The notes beneath the pieces are model-generated. The model saw only the letters and a list, made by a program, of their open reading frames with translations. It did not search any database and was not told the DNA's origin. The position numbers and the translations under genes are program-made. 42,941 nucleotides of DNA from Planctomycetales bacterium (GTDB taxonomy: Bacteria; Planctomycetota; Phycisphaerae; SM23-33), in the NCBI GenBank assembly GCA_030592655.1, contig JAUVIQ010000003.1:1-42941 (forward strand), in the 5' to 3' direction. Below are positions 33,555 through 42,453 of this stretch, piece by piece (position 1 is the first letter of the stretch; each line of letters starts with the position of its first letter).

Positions 33555-33965
33555 TTATTCAAACAGGATCGTTTTCACGCACGCGATCAGGCTCCATATT
33601 ATTATCCCACACGCCACAACGACTAATATCGGCCCCCATTGGCCTCGAATGGCACCGACAATCTGAAATACCGCAATTTCGCCTCCAGCAAGTATTATTA
33701 TCACCGGCAGCAAGATCGTTCCCTCGCTCAGGCCGCAATCTTCGACGAGTTTCCGCCCGACGGTGTAACCGATCGGATACCCCACCGCAGCAGTAATCAG
33801 AAACAGCACAGCCAGTATCGCCCAATGCAATGGAAAGAATTCGCCGATAGGCCAGGCGAAATACATCACCACACTGGCAACGCCGGCTCCCGCCGCAGTG
33901 CGATAGCCAGCCTTGCCCAGGGCAATCATCCATCCACGCGCAGGCGTCCAGTCATTCGGGTCCAT
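33555..33965 (-). CDS. Hypothetical membrane protein (~4 TM)
   Basis: Four hydrophobic stretches; begins 3 nt after the methyltransferase stop with an AAGGAG RBS. Confidence 0.7.
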   Translation of the reverse strand: MDPNDWTPARGWMIALGKAGYRTAAGAGVASVVMYFAWPIGEFFPLHWAILAVLFLITAAVGYPIGYTVGRKLVEDCGLSEGTILLPVIIILAGGEIAVFQIVGAIRGQWGPILVVVACGIIIWSLIACVKTILFE

Positions 33966-33968
33966 AAT

Positions 33969-34826
33969 TCACTCCTTCCACAAGGAAGACTGAGACGCGT
34001 CAGCAGGCGAACGAAGCCCCACACGCCTTTGCGGTCGCAACGCTTCGGGATTCTCGGCGATTTCGGTCCCGGTTCGCAGGCCTGCGAGGGTGTCGGCGAT
34101 GCGTTTTGTGGATTCGGATACGTATTTTTTCGAAATGTCGATGCCGAGATATTTTCGGCCTAGTGTAGCGGCTACCGTGCATGTCGTGCCCGAGCCGCTG
34201 AACGGGTCCAGAACCAAGTCGCTCTCGTTACTCGATACGCTGATTATGCGTTCCAGAACTTTCTCCGGCATCTGGCATGGATGCCACCTGACACGCTCTT
34301 TAAAAGTCCCGCAAACACGCGAAAAACTCCACACGTCGTCGGGAACCTTGCCCTTGGGGTTGGCCCGCTTATCGGCGTAGGTGGTCTGGCGGGCGGATGG
34401 GACGCGGACAGCCATGTCGTTGAAGGTGAACTGCTTCGGGTCCTTGACCCAGTAAAATAAGTGTGCGTGGCTTCGGGCGAATTTGCGTTTAGTGGCCTGG
34501 CCGAAGGTGTAATGCCAGATAATCCAGTTCCGCAGGTGCAGGCCAAGGCTGTTGCCTATGATGCGGACCTCGGCGGCATATTCATCCCCGATGGCGATCC
34601 AGAAAGAACCCGTCGGCTTGAGGGCTTTTTCGACGCAGGCCTGCATCCAGTCATGCGTCCACTGGTAATACTCGTCGTACTCTTTGCGGTCTTTGTAAAT
34701 GTCGTACTTATAGCCGATGTTGAACGGCGGGTCGGCGAAGATGAGATCGGCAATCGGCTCGTCCAAATCCGACAGGATTTTGATGCAATCGCCTGCGATT
34801 ATTCGGTTGGGTGTAATTTTCTTCAT
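33969..34826 (-). CDS. Site-specific DNA methyltransferase (N4C/N6A, beta class), orphan
   Basis: FADPPFN (motif IV) precedes HPCQMP and LDPFSGSGTT (motif I). No adjacent restriction endonuclease. Confidence 0.92.
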   Translation of the reverse strand: MKKITPNRIIAGDCIKILSDLDEPIADLIFADPPFNIGYKYDIYKDRKEYDEYYQWTHDWMQACVEKALKPTGSFWIAIGDEYAAEVRIIGNSLGLHLRNWIIWHYTFGQATKRKFARSHAHLFYWVKDPKQFTFNDMAVRVPSARQTTYADKRANPKGKVPDDVWSFSRVCGTFKERVRWHPCQMPEKVLERIISVSSNESDLVLDPFSGSGTTCTVAATLGRKYLGIDISKKYVSESTKRIADTLAGLRTGTEIAENPEALRPQRRVGLRSPADASQSSLWKE

Positions 34827-34828
34827 GG

Positions 34829-34919
34829 GCCGCAGAGACACAGAGGACGCAGAGAGACAGAGAGTAAAAAAAGAAAAAGATATCGTTTTTTTTCTCTGTG
34901 CTCTCTGCGCCTCTGTGGC
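34829..34919. repeat. CACAGAG/CGCAGAG tandem hairpin element
   Basis: GCCGCAGAGACACAGAGGACGCAGAGA ... TCTCTGTGCTCTCTGCGCCTCTGTGGC with an A/T-rich loop. Confidence 0.8.
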
Positions 34920-34939
34920 AAATTCCTGTATTACTGTAC

Positions 34940-35989
34940 CTATCCGAGTCGCGTTCCGAAGATGGCCATAGCCGCTACGTACGCGATATAAATCGCCACC
35001 AGCGGGACACCCTGCCAGCGGCGGAACGTCTTTCCGCCGGCGAAAATATACATCCGAAGTATAATCAGCACCAGCATCATCACCGGCAGGAGGAAAATGA
35101 AGAATACCGGTTCGACCTTCAGCGGAACAGCCGTCGCCGACGCGCCGATTACGAACAGTACGTTGAGGATGTCGGCCCCGATGACGTTCCCGACCAGCAA
35201 ATCCGGGTGCTTTTTGATGATAGCAGCAATGGCTGTGGCCAGTTCAGGCAGTGATGTTCCGAAGGCGACCACCGTCGCGGCAATGACGGATTCGGGGACG
35301 CCGGACCGCCGGCACAACACCTTTACCGACCCGACCAGCACCTCAGACCCTGCCACCACCAACGCCAGACCAACCAGCATTATCAGCAGATTTCCCACGA
35401 CCCTGGCGGAATGATGATTGGCTTTCATTTCAGCGCCGGCCTCGACGGAAATCATTTCAGGATGCTTACGCGCCCAGCGGACGGAAATGTACAAATATCC
35501 CGCAAGCAACAGCAGGAAGCCGACGCCGATGACTCGCGGAATCACAACATTGTCAATCGAGCCGCTCATAGCCCAGAGGATCAAAGCGGTGGCTGTCAGC
35601 AGCGCCCCTGCTCCGAGTTGCAACCAGCCGTGACGGTTCAGGACGAATCGGTCCTTAGGCAGTCGCGTCAGGCAGCAGCACAGTCCGAAGACCAGGGCCG
35701 TATCGCAGATAATCGACCCGACGCCGTTGCCCAGCGCCAGTCCGCCGTCGCCCTGAAAGGCGGCGTTGACCGAGACGGCTGCCTCCGGCGAGGTCGTCCC
35801 CAAACTCACAATCGTCGCGCCGATGAGGACCTTGCTCATTCCCATCGCAGCGGCGAGTTTGGCGGCAGCGCCGACGAGCCGATCCGCTCCGAAAACCAGC
35901 AACCCCACACCCAACACACCGAGCAGCCACAATATCAGGTCGCCACGGGCCTGGAAGAACACCTCCGGTATTATTTCGGCGAGCATCAT
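34940..35989 (-). CDS. Calcium/sodium antiporter (CaCA, YrbG-like)
   Basis: Two alpha repeats, GATIVSLGTTSPE and VAFGTSLPE...GNVIGADI; ~10 TM segments. Confidence 0.92.
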   Translation of the reverse strand: MMLAEIIPEVFFQARGDLILWLLGVLGVGLLVFGADRLVGAAAKLAAAMGMSKVLIGATIVSLGTTSPEAAVSVNAAFQGDGGLALGNGVGSIICDTALVFGLCCCLTRLPKDRFVLNRHGWLQLGAGALLTATALILWAMSGSIDNVVIPRVIGVGFLLLLAGYLYISVRWARKHPEMISVEAGAEMKANHHSARVVGNLLIMLVGLALVVAGSEVLVGSVKVLCRRSGVPESVIAATVVAFGTSLPELATAIAAIIKKHPDLLVGNVIGADILNVLFVIGASATAVPLKVEPVFFIFLLPVMMLVLIILRMYIFAGGKTFRRWQGVPLVAIYIAYVAAMAIFGTRLG

Positions 35990-36035
35990 TGACGGATGAT
36001 TATTCCGGTTTGACGGACCAAAGGCAAGGAAAGAC

Positions 36036-36103
36036 TAGCAGGGATGCAGGGGATATGATTTTTTCTTTCTTCAATTAAATTTTTATCCCCTGCATCCCTG
36101 CTA
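36036..36103. repeat. CAGGGGATG hairpin element (empty form)
   Basis: Perfect 20-bp arms TAGCAGGGATGCAGGGGATA / TATCCCCTGCATCCCTGCTA. Confidence 0.85.
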
Positions 36104-36135
36104 ATGTTTCGTTTCGCAGCACGGAGCAAAATTTC

Positions 36136-36163
36136 TTGACTGTTCGCCCTGTTCGGTTATCAT
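36136..36163 (+). promoter_or_regulatory. Putative sigma70 promoter of tRNA-Gly
   Basis: TTGACT-N16-TATCAT, 12 nt upstream of the tRNA. Confidence 0.45.
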
Positions 36164-36175
36164 TCTCTTGAGTTC

Positions 36176-36247
<72 letters not shown>

Positions 36248-36251
36248 GTGT

Positions 36252-36346
36252 TAGTAGCCAGTAGTCAGTAGCCTGTAGCCGGGAATGCGTAGCATTGCTA
36301 CGTGAAAACTGACTACTGACTACTGACTACCGACTACCGGCTACTA
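36252..36346. repeat. GTAGTCA 7-mer tandem hairpin element
   Basis: (AGTAGCC/AGTAGTC)n ... (GACTACT)n. The loop contains the 15-bp palindrome CGTAGCATTGCTACG. Confidence 0.85.
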
Positions 36347-36350
36347 CGTT

Positions 36351-36875
36351 ATGAACATCAGAAGCGTCTTATCTGTTTTCGCGTTGACCCTTTCATCCGT
36401 TCTGATTGGCGGGTGCGAGATGATCTTTTCCAAACCCGGAGCGCAACCTCCTGCCGCTGAAGTCGTTCCCGAACCAATCAACACGCTGCTACCGACGCAG
36501 ATTCGTATTCATCCGTTCACCGGAATGAGGGTCCTCTCTGAAAAAGGCAACATCAAGGGCATAGACGTCCGCATCGAGGCCATTGACGCCTTCGGCGACA
36601 CGAACAAGGCCTTCGGGCAGTTCCGCTTCGAGTTGTATCAATTCAAGCCCAACAGCCCCGACCCCAAGGGCGCCCGTCTGGCCGTCTGGAATGAGAACGT
36701 GGAAGACTTCGAGAGCAACCGCCGGCACTGGAGCAGTATCGCACGAACATACCAGTTCAAACTCGCCTGGAACCACCCGATACCCGTCGGGCAGAAATTC
36801 GTCCTGGTAACAGTCTTCCAGAGCCGATTCACCGAAAGACTCTTCGCCGAGCGAATGTTCGTGTCAGAACGGTAA
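36351..36875 (+). CDS. Hypothetical lipoprotein
   Basis: LIGGC lipobox; shares the IDAxGxxxKAxG motif with 32203-32868. Confidence 0.75.
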   Translation: MNIRSVLSVFALTLSSVLIGGCEMIFSKPGAQPPAAEVVPEPINTLLPTQIRIHPFTGMRVLSEKGNIKGIDVRIEAIDAFGDTNKAFGQFRFELYQFKPNSPDPKGARLAVWNENVEDFESNRRHWSSIARTYQFKLAWNHPIPVGQKFVLVTVFQSRFTERLFAERMFVSER

Positions 36876-36988
36876 CAATTGCCAATTGCCGATTTTCAAC
36901 CTGTCCCTTTGGGATTGCCAATTGAGAGAAACCTCGTCGCCTCTTTCTGTTTAATTTGTTCAATTGGCAATTGAAAATTGGAAATCAG
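36876..36988. repeat. AATTGCC 7-mer hairpin element with a 15-bp insertion (36900-36914)
   Basis: TTGCCAA-TTGCCGA-TTTTCAA-[CCTGTCCCTTTGGGA]-TTGCCAA ... CAATTGGCAATTGAAAATTGGAAATC, between convergent genes. Confidence 0.85.
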
Positions 36989-37521
36989 TTAGAGCGTTCG
37001 ATAGTCTCCATGACAATCTCGTGCACCTCATCCGGCTTGGCGACGACGTTCCAGACAACGGCCGGCGTGTTTTGCGAATCTGTCATGCAGTAGATGCTTG
37101 CGACTCCGACGAGTCGTTCTGCCACGCTCGCCGCCGGCACTGCCCGGCTTACGTCGGAAATCGCAGCGGCGGTTACACGGACGTGAATAAGCCCGCGAAC
37201 AGTTACGATTCGACGATTCGTCAGGACATAAGTCCTCCCCATCCACTGCCAGCACGCAACTGTTACGCGTCCCAACGCCCCAGCGGCGCAAATGCACCCG
37301 ATAGTCTCAACGGGCGTCCCGCTACGATAGATGTCCGCGATAAATGCGATGGCCCCGACAATAATCGCAGTAACCAGCCACGGCAGCGATGCCAGCAGAA
37401 CGAACCACCCGCTCGGCTTGATTGCAAGAATGATAATCTCACCGCCGCTCAACAGGTCGGCAGGAACGAGCAGGGCTGCAATGTCCGCTCGTTGCGATGT
37501 CGGTTCGGCAGAAGGTGTCAT
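36985..37521 (-). CDS. Membrane protein with bacterial PH (bPH_2-like) domain
   Basis: LLSGGEIII...KPS, two TM helices, then YVLTNRRI...RGLI and RLVGVASI...VAKP. Confidence 0.75.
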   Translation of the reverse strand: MTPSAEPTSQRADIAALLVPADLLSGGEIIILAIKPSGWFVLLASLPWLVTAIIVGAIAFIADIYRSGTPVETIGCICAAGALGRVTVACWQWMGRTYVLTNRRIVTVRGLIHVRVTAAAISDVSRAVPAASVAERLVGVASIYCMTDSQNTPAVVWNVVAKPDEVHEIVMETIERSN

Positions 37522-37606
37522 AGCAATAACTCTCGGCCACCAATGCCCAATGCCTAATACTACAACGAAACTTTACTTCTCACTGGTGGCGGTAACTGCT
37601 TGTTTT

Positions 37607-37697
37607 GTAATCAGTAATTGGTAATTAGTAATTGGTAATTGGTCAAAAAATGTTCTGATGCCCAGTTACGAATTACGAATTACTAATTACTGATTAC
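37607..37697. repeat. GTAATTG 7-mer tandem hairpin element
   Basis: GTAATCAGTAATTGGTAATTAGTAATTGGTAATTGG ... CCAGTTACGAATTACGAATTACTAATTACTGATTAC. Confidence 0.85.
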
Positions 37698-37865
37698 TCA
37701 TACGCGAAACGGTTTATCTGCGACGACCGAAGTTTCGTAGCAATACTAATGCCCAATGTCGCCGGATATGCTAACCTCTCACAACGAACGTTGCAACATA
37801 ACGAAAGCCGACTGGCGAACAGATTTTACAGGAGATACAATAGTTTCAGGATCAGGGATACTCTA

Positions 37866-38954
37866 ATGCACATAGTTCAATGCCCACATTGTCGGAGTAA
37901 CTTCAAGATTCCGGGGCCCGTAACGGACGCACGGATGAAGTGCAGCCGGTGCGGCTCGACCTTCGTCGGAACCAGTACGGAAAAAGCCGACGCGCCCGTC
38001 CCCCCTGTCCCGAGCAACGTCGAGGGCCCTGTCCCGAGCAACGTCGAAGGGCCTGCACCGAAACCACACCAGGCTGAACACGCGACAGCGCCGGGGCGCA
38101 CACGACGGAAAACTTCCACAAAATCCATAATCCTGTTAATCGTCGGCATCTTCGGGGTGCTCGGTATTGCCGTCATGCTTGCTATGGCGTATTACAGGCA
38201 GACCCATCCGATCTCTATCGAGCGTGACGCAAAAACGGGTAAAGTTATCGAGCGGGGAAGGGTTACGCAGGCAGAGGCGGAACGCAGGATAAAAAAACTT
38301 CGCACTTCGGCCGGCGACGAACGTGCCACACCGGGGACGAATGAGGGAGACAACCATCCCGACTCGCCGACGCAGGCAACTGAAGGCGACCCGAAACTCA
38401 AGGTCAATTGGAAAATCGTCAGGACCGGAGCCATCGAAACGACATATGTCTGCGGCAGCGTGCTTAATACATACGCCGCCCCGCAAAAACAGGTTACAGT
38501 TACCGCCTATATCAACGGCGTGCGCGGGCCCGGTAAAACCTACCGGTTCGTCCCGTCGGAAAAGGCGATCCGTTACAGCATTTGCCTGCGGGGACTACGC
38601 GCCACCGAAGATAACGTCAAGGTAGCGGCTACGGGTGAACCGGCGGATAGAGATACGATTGTCCTGTCCATCGAATCCGACCAGATGAACTACAGCGAAC
38701 AGAATGATAAAGCCGTCCGGACCGGAACCGTGCGCAACCGCTCGTCGGTACCGATAAAAGACGTCAAAATCTATTGTGATTTCTTCGATAGCGACGGTGT
38801 TCAGGGAAACGAGCAGGACGTGATCGGAAAACTGGTCTCGGTCAGGACGATCGGCGCTGGAAAAACAGCCCCCTTCCGCGTGGAATTTGACGCACTCGGC
38901 GCAACCGATTTATACAATACCGTCGTCGCCCGTGCGGTCGGGCTAAAATACTGA
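37866..38954 (+). CDS. Zinc-ribbon / single-TM protein with extracytoplasmic FxLYD-like Ig domains
   Basis: CPHC...CSRC zinc finger at the N-terminus (ATG 37866); Pro-rich linker; TM helix; GTVRNRS...VKIYCDFFDSDG...GKTAPF. Confidence 0.7.
   Translation: MHIVQCPHCRSNFKIPGPVTDARMKCSRCGSTFVGTSTEKADAPVPPVPSNVEGPVPSNVEGPAPKPHQAEHATAPGRTRRKTSTKSIILLIVGIFGVLGIAVMLAMAYYRQTHPISIERDAKTGKVIERGRVTQAEAERRIKKLRTSAGDERATPGTNEGDNHPDSPTQATEGDPKLKVNWKIVRTGAIETTYVCGSVLNTYAAPQKQVTVTAYINGVRGPGKTYRFVPSEKAIRYSICLRGLRATEDNVKVAATGEPADRDTIVLSIESDQMNYSEQNDKAVRTGTVRNRSSVPIKDVKIYCDFFDSDGVQGNEQDVIGKLVSVRTIGAGKTAPFRVEFDALGATDLYNTVVARAVGLKY
38004..38051 (+). repeat. In-frame 24-bp tandem duplication (PVPSNVEG x2)
   Basis: CCTGTCCCGAGCAACGTCGAGGGC followed by CCTGTCCCGAGCAACGTCGAAGGG. 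Confidence 0.85.
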
Positions 38955-38959
38955 TAAAT

Positions 38960-39012
38960 AGCGATCAGCAATCAGCGATCAGCAATCAGTAAAAAACTGA
39001 ATGCTGATTGCT
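38960..39012. repeat. AGC(G/A)ATC 7-mer tandem hairpin element (short right arm)
   Basis: AGCGATCAGCAATCAGCGATCAGCAATCAG ... CTGAATGCTGATTGCT. Confidence 0.75.
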
Positions 39013-39029
39013 TTTTAGAAAGAAACGGA

Positions 39030-40208
39030 ATGATTCCAATCGGAACTGACAGGCGGCTCAAGCATAGGCCTTGGATTAATTACGCACTTGTGGCTGCCAA
39101 CATATTCGTTTTTATCGTCCTCCAGCAGACGCGGTCGGACACGCCGGGGGTAAGGGCTTACCTCCTCTGGCCCGACCAACCAGAGGTCTATCAATTCTTC
39201 TCAAGCATGTTCATGCACGCCGGGTGGATGCACCTCATCGGAAACATGATTTTCCTGTGGGTTTTCGGTAACGCGGTCAACGACTCCCTCGGAAACGTCG
39301 GATACCTGGCGTTTTACCTTGCCGGCGGGGTCATCGCGGGCGTCGGGTACGTCCTGCTGGCGGGCACAGCCCCGGTGCTGGGAGCGTCGGGCGCCATCTC
39401 GGCAGTTACAGGAGCGTTCCTGGTCCTCTTTCCTCGCGTACGCGTAACCGTGCTGCTCATTTTCTACATAATCATGCCGATCGAAATCTCCAGCCTGTTC
39501 TTTCTACTGATGCAATTCGGATGGAACCTGTACGCTACACTTAGCCAGGCTGGCGGAGGCGTCGCGTACGTGGCGCATTCCAGCGGATACGCATTCGGCA
39601 TCATCGTTGCTGCCGGTTTCCTGGCCATTAAAGTCCTTCCGAGAGAACCATACGATTTACTCAGCCTGTTCCAGTCATGGCATCGCAAACACGGTTATAA
39701 CCAGACAGTCTCCGACGGATACGACCCGTTCAGCCGGACTCGCCCCGGGCGACACAGTGGAGGGCGAAGGTGGGTCAACGCCAGGCCAGTCTCGGCCGGA
39801 ACGCCCGAAGGACCGCCGGCTGAAGAACTGGAATTGCGGAAACAAATTTCCAGCGACCACGCCAGGCACGACTTCGCAGCCGCTGCGGACGGATATGTCA
39901 AACTACTCAAAGTCGCCGACGACGCACTCCTTCCGATGAACCAGCAACTGGACGTTTCCAACCACTTCATGTCCGCACAACAGTACCCCCAAGCCGCTGA
40001 CGCCTACGAACTTTTCATCAAACATTACGGAAATTACGAATACATAGGCGACATCAGGCTGATGCTGGGACTGATCTATAGCCGATATTTACACCAGGAC
40101 GAAAAGGCCCAAACGTATCTCTCTTCAGCCGTTGCGGACCTGTTCGACAAGAACAAAATTGAACTGGCCCGTAACGAATTGGCCGAGGTGCGCAAGCGGC
40201 TCGGATAA
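39030..40208 (+). CDS. Rhomboid-family intramembrane serine protease with C-terminal TPR-like domain
   Basis: SMFMHAGWMHLIGNM, GASG (catalytic Ser), AYVAH (catalytic His); helical TPR-like tail. Confidence 0.92.
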   Translation: MIPIGTDRRLKHRPWINYALVAANIFVFIVLQQTRSDTPGVRAYLLWPDQPEVYQFFSSMFMHAGWMHLIGNMIFLWVFGNAVNDSLGNVGYLAFYLAGGVIAGVGYVLLAGTAPVLGASGAISAVTGAFLVLFPRVRVTVLLIFYIIMPIEISSLFFLLMQFGWNLYATLSQAGGGVAYVAHSSGYAFGIIVAAGFLAIKVLPREPYDLLSLFQSWHRKHGYNQTVSDGYDPFSRTRPGRHSGGRRWVNARPVSAGTPEGPPAEELELRKQISSDHARHDFAAAADGYVKLLKVADDALLPMNQQLDVSNHFMSAQQYPQAADAYELFIKHYGNYEYIGDIRLMLGLIYSRYLHQDEKAQTYLSSAVADLFDKNKIELARNELAEVRKRLG

Positions 40209-40232
40209 GACGGATCGAAGAACGGTGCACGG

Positions 40233-40982
40233 ATGACACTTGCCCAGACCACACACGCCGAACAGGCCGGTAAAGGATTGATGTCGTTATTCGACGGGCT
40301 GTTGCATCTGAACTTCCCCACCCGCGAAGAGTTCGTCGTCTTTCTGGAATCCCTGACCACGCTCCAGGCCGCCGCCGTCGTCGCCATCGGGATATGGTAC
40401 ATATTTTACGGGCATAAATACTTCAAGGCTATGGTCGTTATCAACGGTATCGGTTTCGGCGCACTGATTGGGTTCTACATCGGGCAAACTTTTATGTCAG
40501 GCTCGCCGAAGACGCCGCTGCTGATGACGCTGGGAGGTGCGGCATTACTCGGCGCGGTGGCCTGGCCCATGATTAAATACGCCGTCGGAATTATGGGAGC
40601 GCTGGCCGGCGGACTAATCGGATATGCCGGATGGCACCTCATCACCACAGCCATCGGTAACGACGCGATGCAGCAACACGCATGGACCGGCGGGGTCATC
40701 GGAATGGTCGTCTTCGGAATGATCGCGTTCGTGGTCTTCCGCGTGTCGGTAATGGCCTTTACTTCCCTCCAGGGCGCGATTATGACAACCGGGGGAATAA
40801 TTTCACTACTCCTGTCCAATGCTTCAATGAGCGAATCCATCAGACCTGATCTGGTCGGAAATAAATTGCTGCTGATCATCCTCCTCGGCGTCCCCGCAGC
40901 CATCGGATTCGCCGTCCAGTACGCCACGGACGCAGCCGCGACCAGCAAAAAACGCAAAGCCACCGAAAAACCTCCTGTCTGA
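40233..40982 (+). CDS. Multi-pass membrane protein (DUF4203 / TM7S3-like)
   Basis: ~7 Gly-rich TM helices; FYGHKYFK and TSLQGA motifs. Confidence 0.6.
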   Translation: MTLAQTTHAEQAGKGLMSLFDGLLHLNFPTREEFVVFLESLTTLQAAAVVAIGIWYIFYGHKYFKAMVVINGIGFGALIGFYIGQTFMSGSPKTPLLMTLGGAALLGAVAWPMIKYAVGIMGALAGGLIGYAGWHLITTAIGNDAMQQHAWTGGVIGMVVFGMIAFVVFRVSVMAFTSLQGAIMTTGGIISLLLSNASMSESIRPDLVGNKLLLIILLGVPAAIGFAVQYATDAAATSKKRKATEKPPV

Positions 40983-41111
40983 ATTGCCAATCCCAAGGGG
41001 ACAGGTTGCCAATTGCCGATTTCCAATTGAAACAACGGAAACAAAAATATGGCAAATGGCCGTGAACATGGTCTCCGTCACCATATTTACCATATTTCCC
41101 ACCATATTTCC
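40982..41111. repeat. AATTGCC 7-mer tract with a 15-bp insertion (40991-41005), followed by an ATATGG/CCATAT hairpin tract
   Basis: TTGCCAA-[TCCCAAGGGGACAGG]-TTGCCAA-TTGCCGA-TTTCCAA, then AAATATGG... / (CCATATTT)x3. Confidence 0.75.
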
Positions 41112-41119
41112 GCGGCTTC

Positions 41120-42037
41120 CTACGGTGCCCGTTCTGTTCCTAAATCCGCAGGATCAACCGTGCCGTAGTGAAATACGACTGCAAGATAAGAGCCTTCGTC
41201 GTCATTGCGCTGAAAAGAGCAGATCGTGCCGGGACGCTCATTTCCAGGAATCACAGGTTGAACGGTAACAGCTTCCCGCCGAAGGCGCCCGTCTTCATCC
41301 TTCATCCCAGAAAGGACAGCCTCCGCGTTGACCCAGGCGTTACCATCTCGGCTGGTAATACGCGCTAGGATGTTACCGCTGTTCAATGTCTTACCGAGCG
41401 ACTTGGGGTCCGGACCCAGTTCGATCCATCTGCCGGTGCCCAAATCCTCACAGCCCACAGCGTGGAAGCCGGCCAACCATTTGACCGCCCAGTCGGGCAG
41501 GTCGGTCGGCCAGCCTTGACGAGTGCTGGATCTTCCATGCACCAGAACCGCGCGGGCGAAGATCGGGGGAGGTGCCCGATCCTCCCATCCCAAGCGAACG
41601 GCAATGGCGTCTCTTCCAGATAGGTGAATGAACCTCCTCTGGTTGACGCCTGGCCCCAGCGTGATGATTTTGCTGGAGCAGGAAACGCGCGAAGACGCTT
41701 CCACGACGACCTGACCGTCCTTACGCCTTTCGAGGACTCGGCAGGATACAATCTCCCTGACTGTAACCAGCAACCAGTACTCGTCAACTGTCGGAAGTTC
41801 CTGCCAAACGCCGACAGCATGAACTACGAGCCCCAGCGAGCCCGCCTCGTCCGATACCCACTTTGGCGAATCAACTCGCGCCGCGTTTGAACTGGTTTCG
41901 CCGACCCATACATACGCAGCCGTAACGAGCAACGACTCCGCGTTTGCCTCACGCTCGCCAACCGAAGCATTTCCCGAGCAGCCTGCGGACAAGGCTATCA
42001 AAACGACAGCAAGAACGATCTGTATTCTTTGGACCAT
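41120..42037 (-). CDS. Hypothetical lipoprotein
   Basis: MVQRIQIVLAVVLIALSAGC lipobox; no family recognised. Confidence 0.65.
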   Translation of the reverse strand: MVQRIQIVLAVVLIALSAGCSGNASVGEREANAESLLVTAAYVWVGETSSNAARVDSPKWVSDEAGSLGLVVHAVGVWQELPTVDEYWLLVTVREIVSCRVLERRKDGQVVVEASSRVSCSSKIITLGPGVNQRRFIHLSGRDAIAVRLGWEDRAPPPIFARAVLVHGRSSTRQGWPTDLPDWAVKWLAGFHAVGCEDLGTGRWIELGPDPKSLGKTLNSGNILARITSRDGNAWVNAEAVLSGMKDEDGRLRREAVTVQPVIPGNERPGTICSFQRNDDEGSYLAVVFHYGTVDPADLGTERAP

Positions 42038-42070
42038 TTGCGTTTTCTTTGTTATCGCTCCACTACAATA

Positions 42071-42098
42071 AATAGACGTCTATCGGCCTTAAAAGTTC
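42071..42098 (-). promoter_or_regulatory. Putative ECF sigma-factor promoter
   Basis: (G)GAACTTTT-N12-CGTCTATT, with boxes and spacing identical to 201-228. Confidence 0.6.
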
Positions 42099-42171
42099 CT
42101 ACGATTGCGAAAAATAACTCACGCGCTGCTTTATAGCAGTTCACGAATAACTATACACCATGCGCCGGGTA

Positions 42172-42222
42172 CCGTGGCCGCCCCAAAGGGGCAGGCAAAC
42201 ACCGCGACCACGCCACCAGCCA
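42172..42222. repeat. ACCGCGACCACGCC-family element carrying a 15-bp insertion (42181-42195)
   Basis: CCGTGGCCG[CCCCAAAGGGGCAGG]CAAACACCGCGACCACGCCACC versus the empty copy at 33304. Confidence 0.8.
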
Positions 42223-42453
42223 TTATTCGGTCCGTCTTGACCGGACTTCGCGGACCGCCGACAGGATGTCTGATGTTGCCGCTTTGGTCTTTACGCCGGC
42301 GACATCAAAGGGCGATCCGGTCCGGCGCTGAGGCACCACTGCGAACACCTCCCCGCCGCGTCTGCGGATCACAACCCGTTCGGCCTTGGCGCGATTCAGG
42401 ACCTGCGACAGATTCTGCCTTGCTTGTGAGTACGTATAGACTTTCATGTTCAC
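42223..42453 (-). CDS. Phd/YefM-family antitoxin
   Basis: YTYSQARQNLSQVLNRA...VVIRRRGGEVFAVVP. Confidence 0.85.
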   Translation of the reverse strand: MNMKVYTYSQARQNLSQVLNRAKAERVVIRRRGGEVFAVVPQRRTGSPFDVAGVKTKAATSDILSAVREVRSRRTE

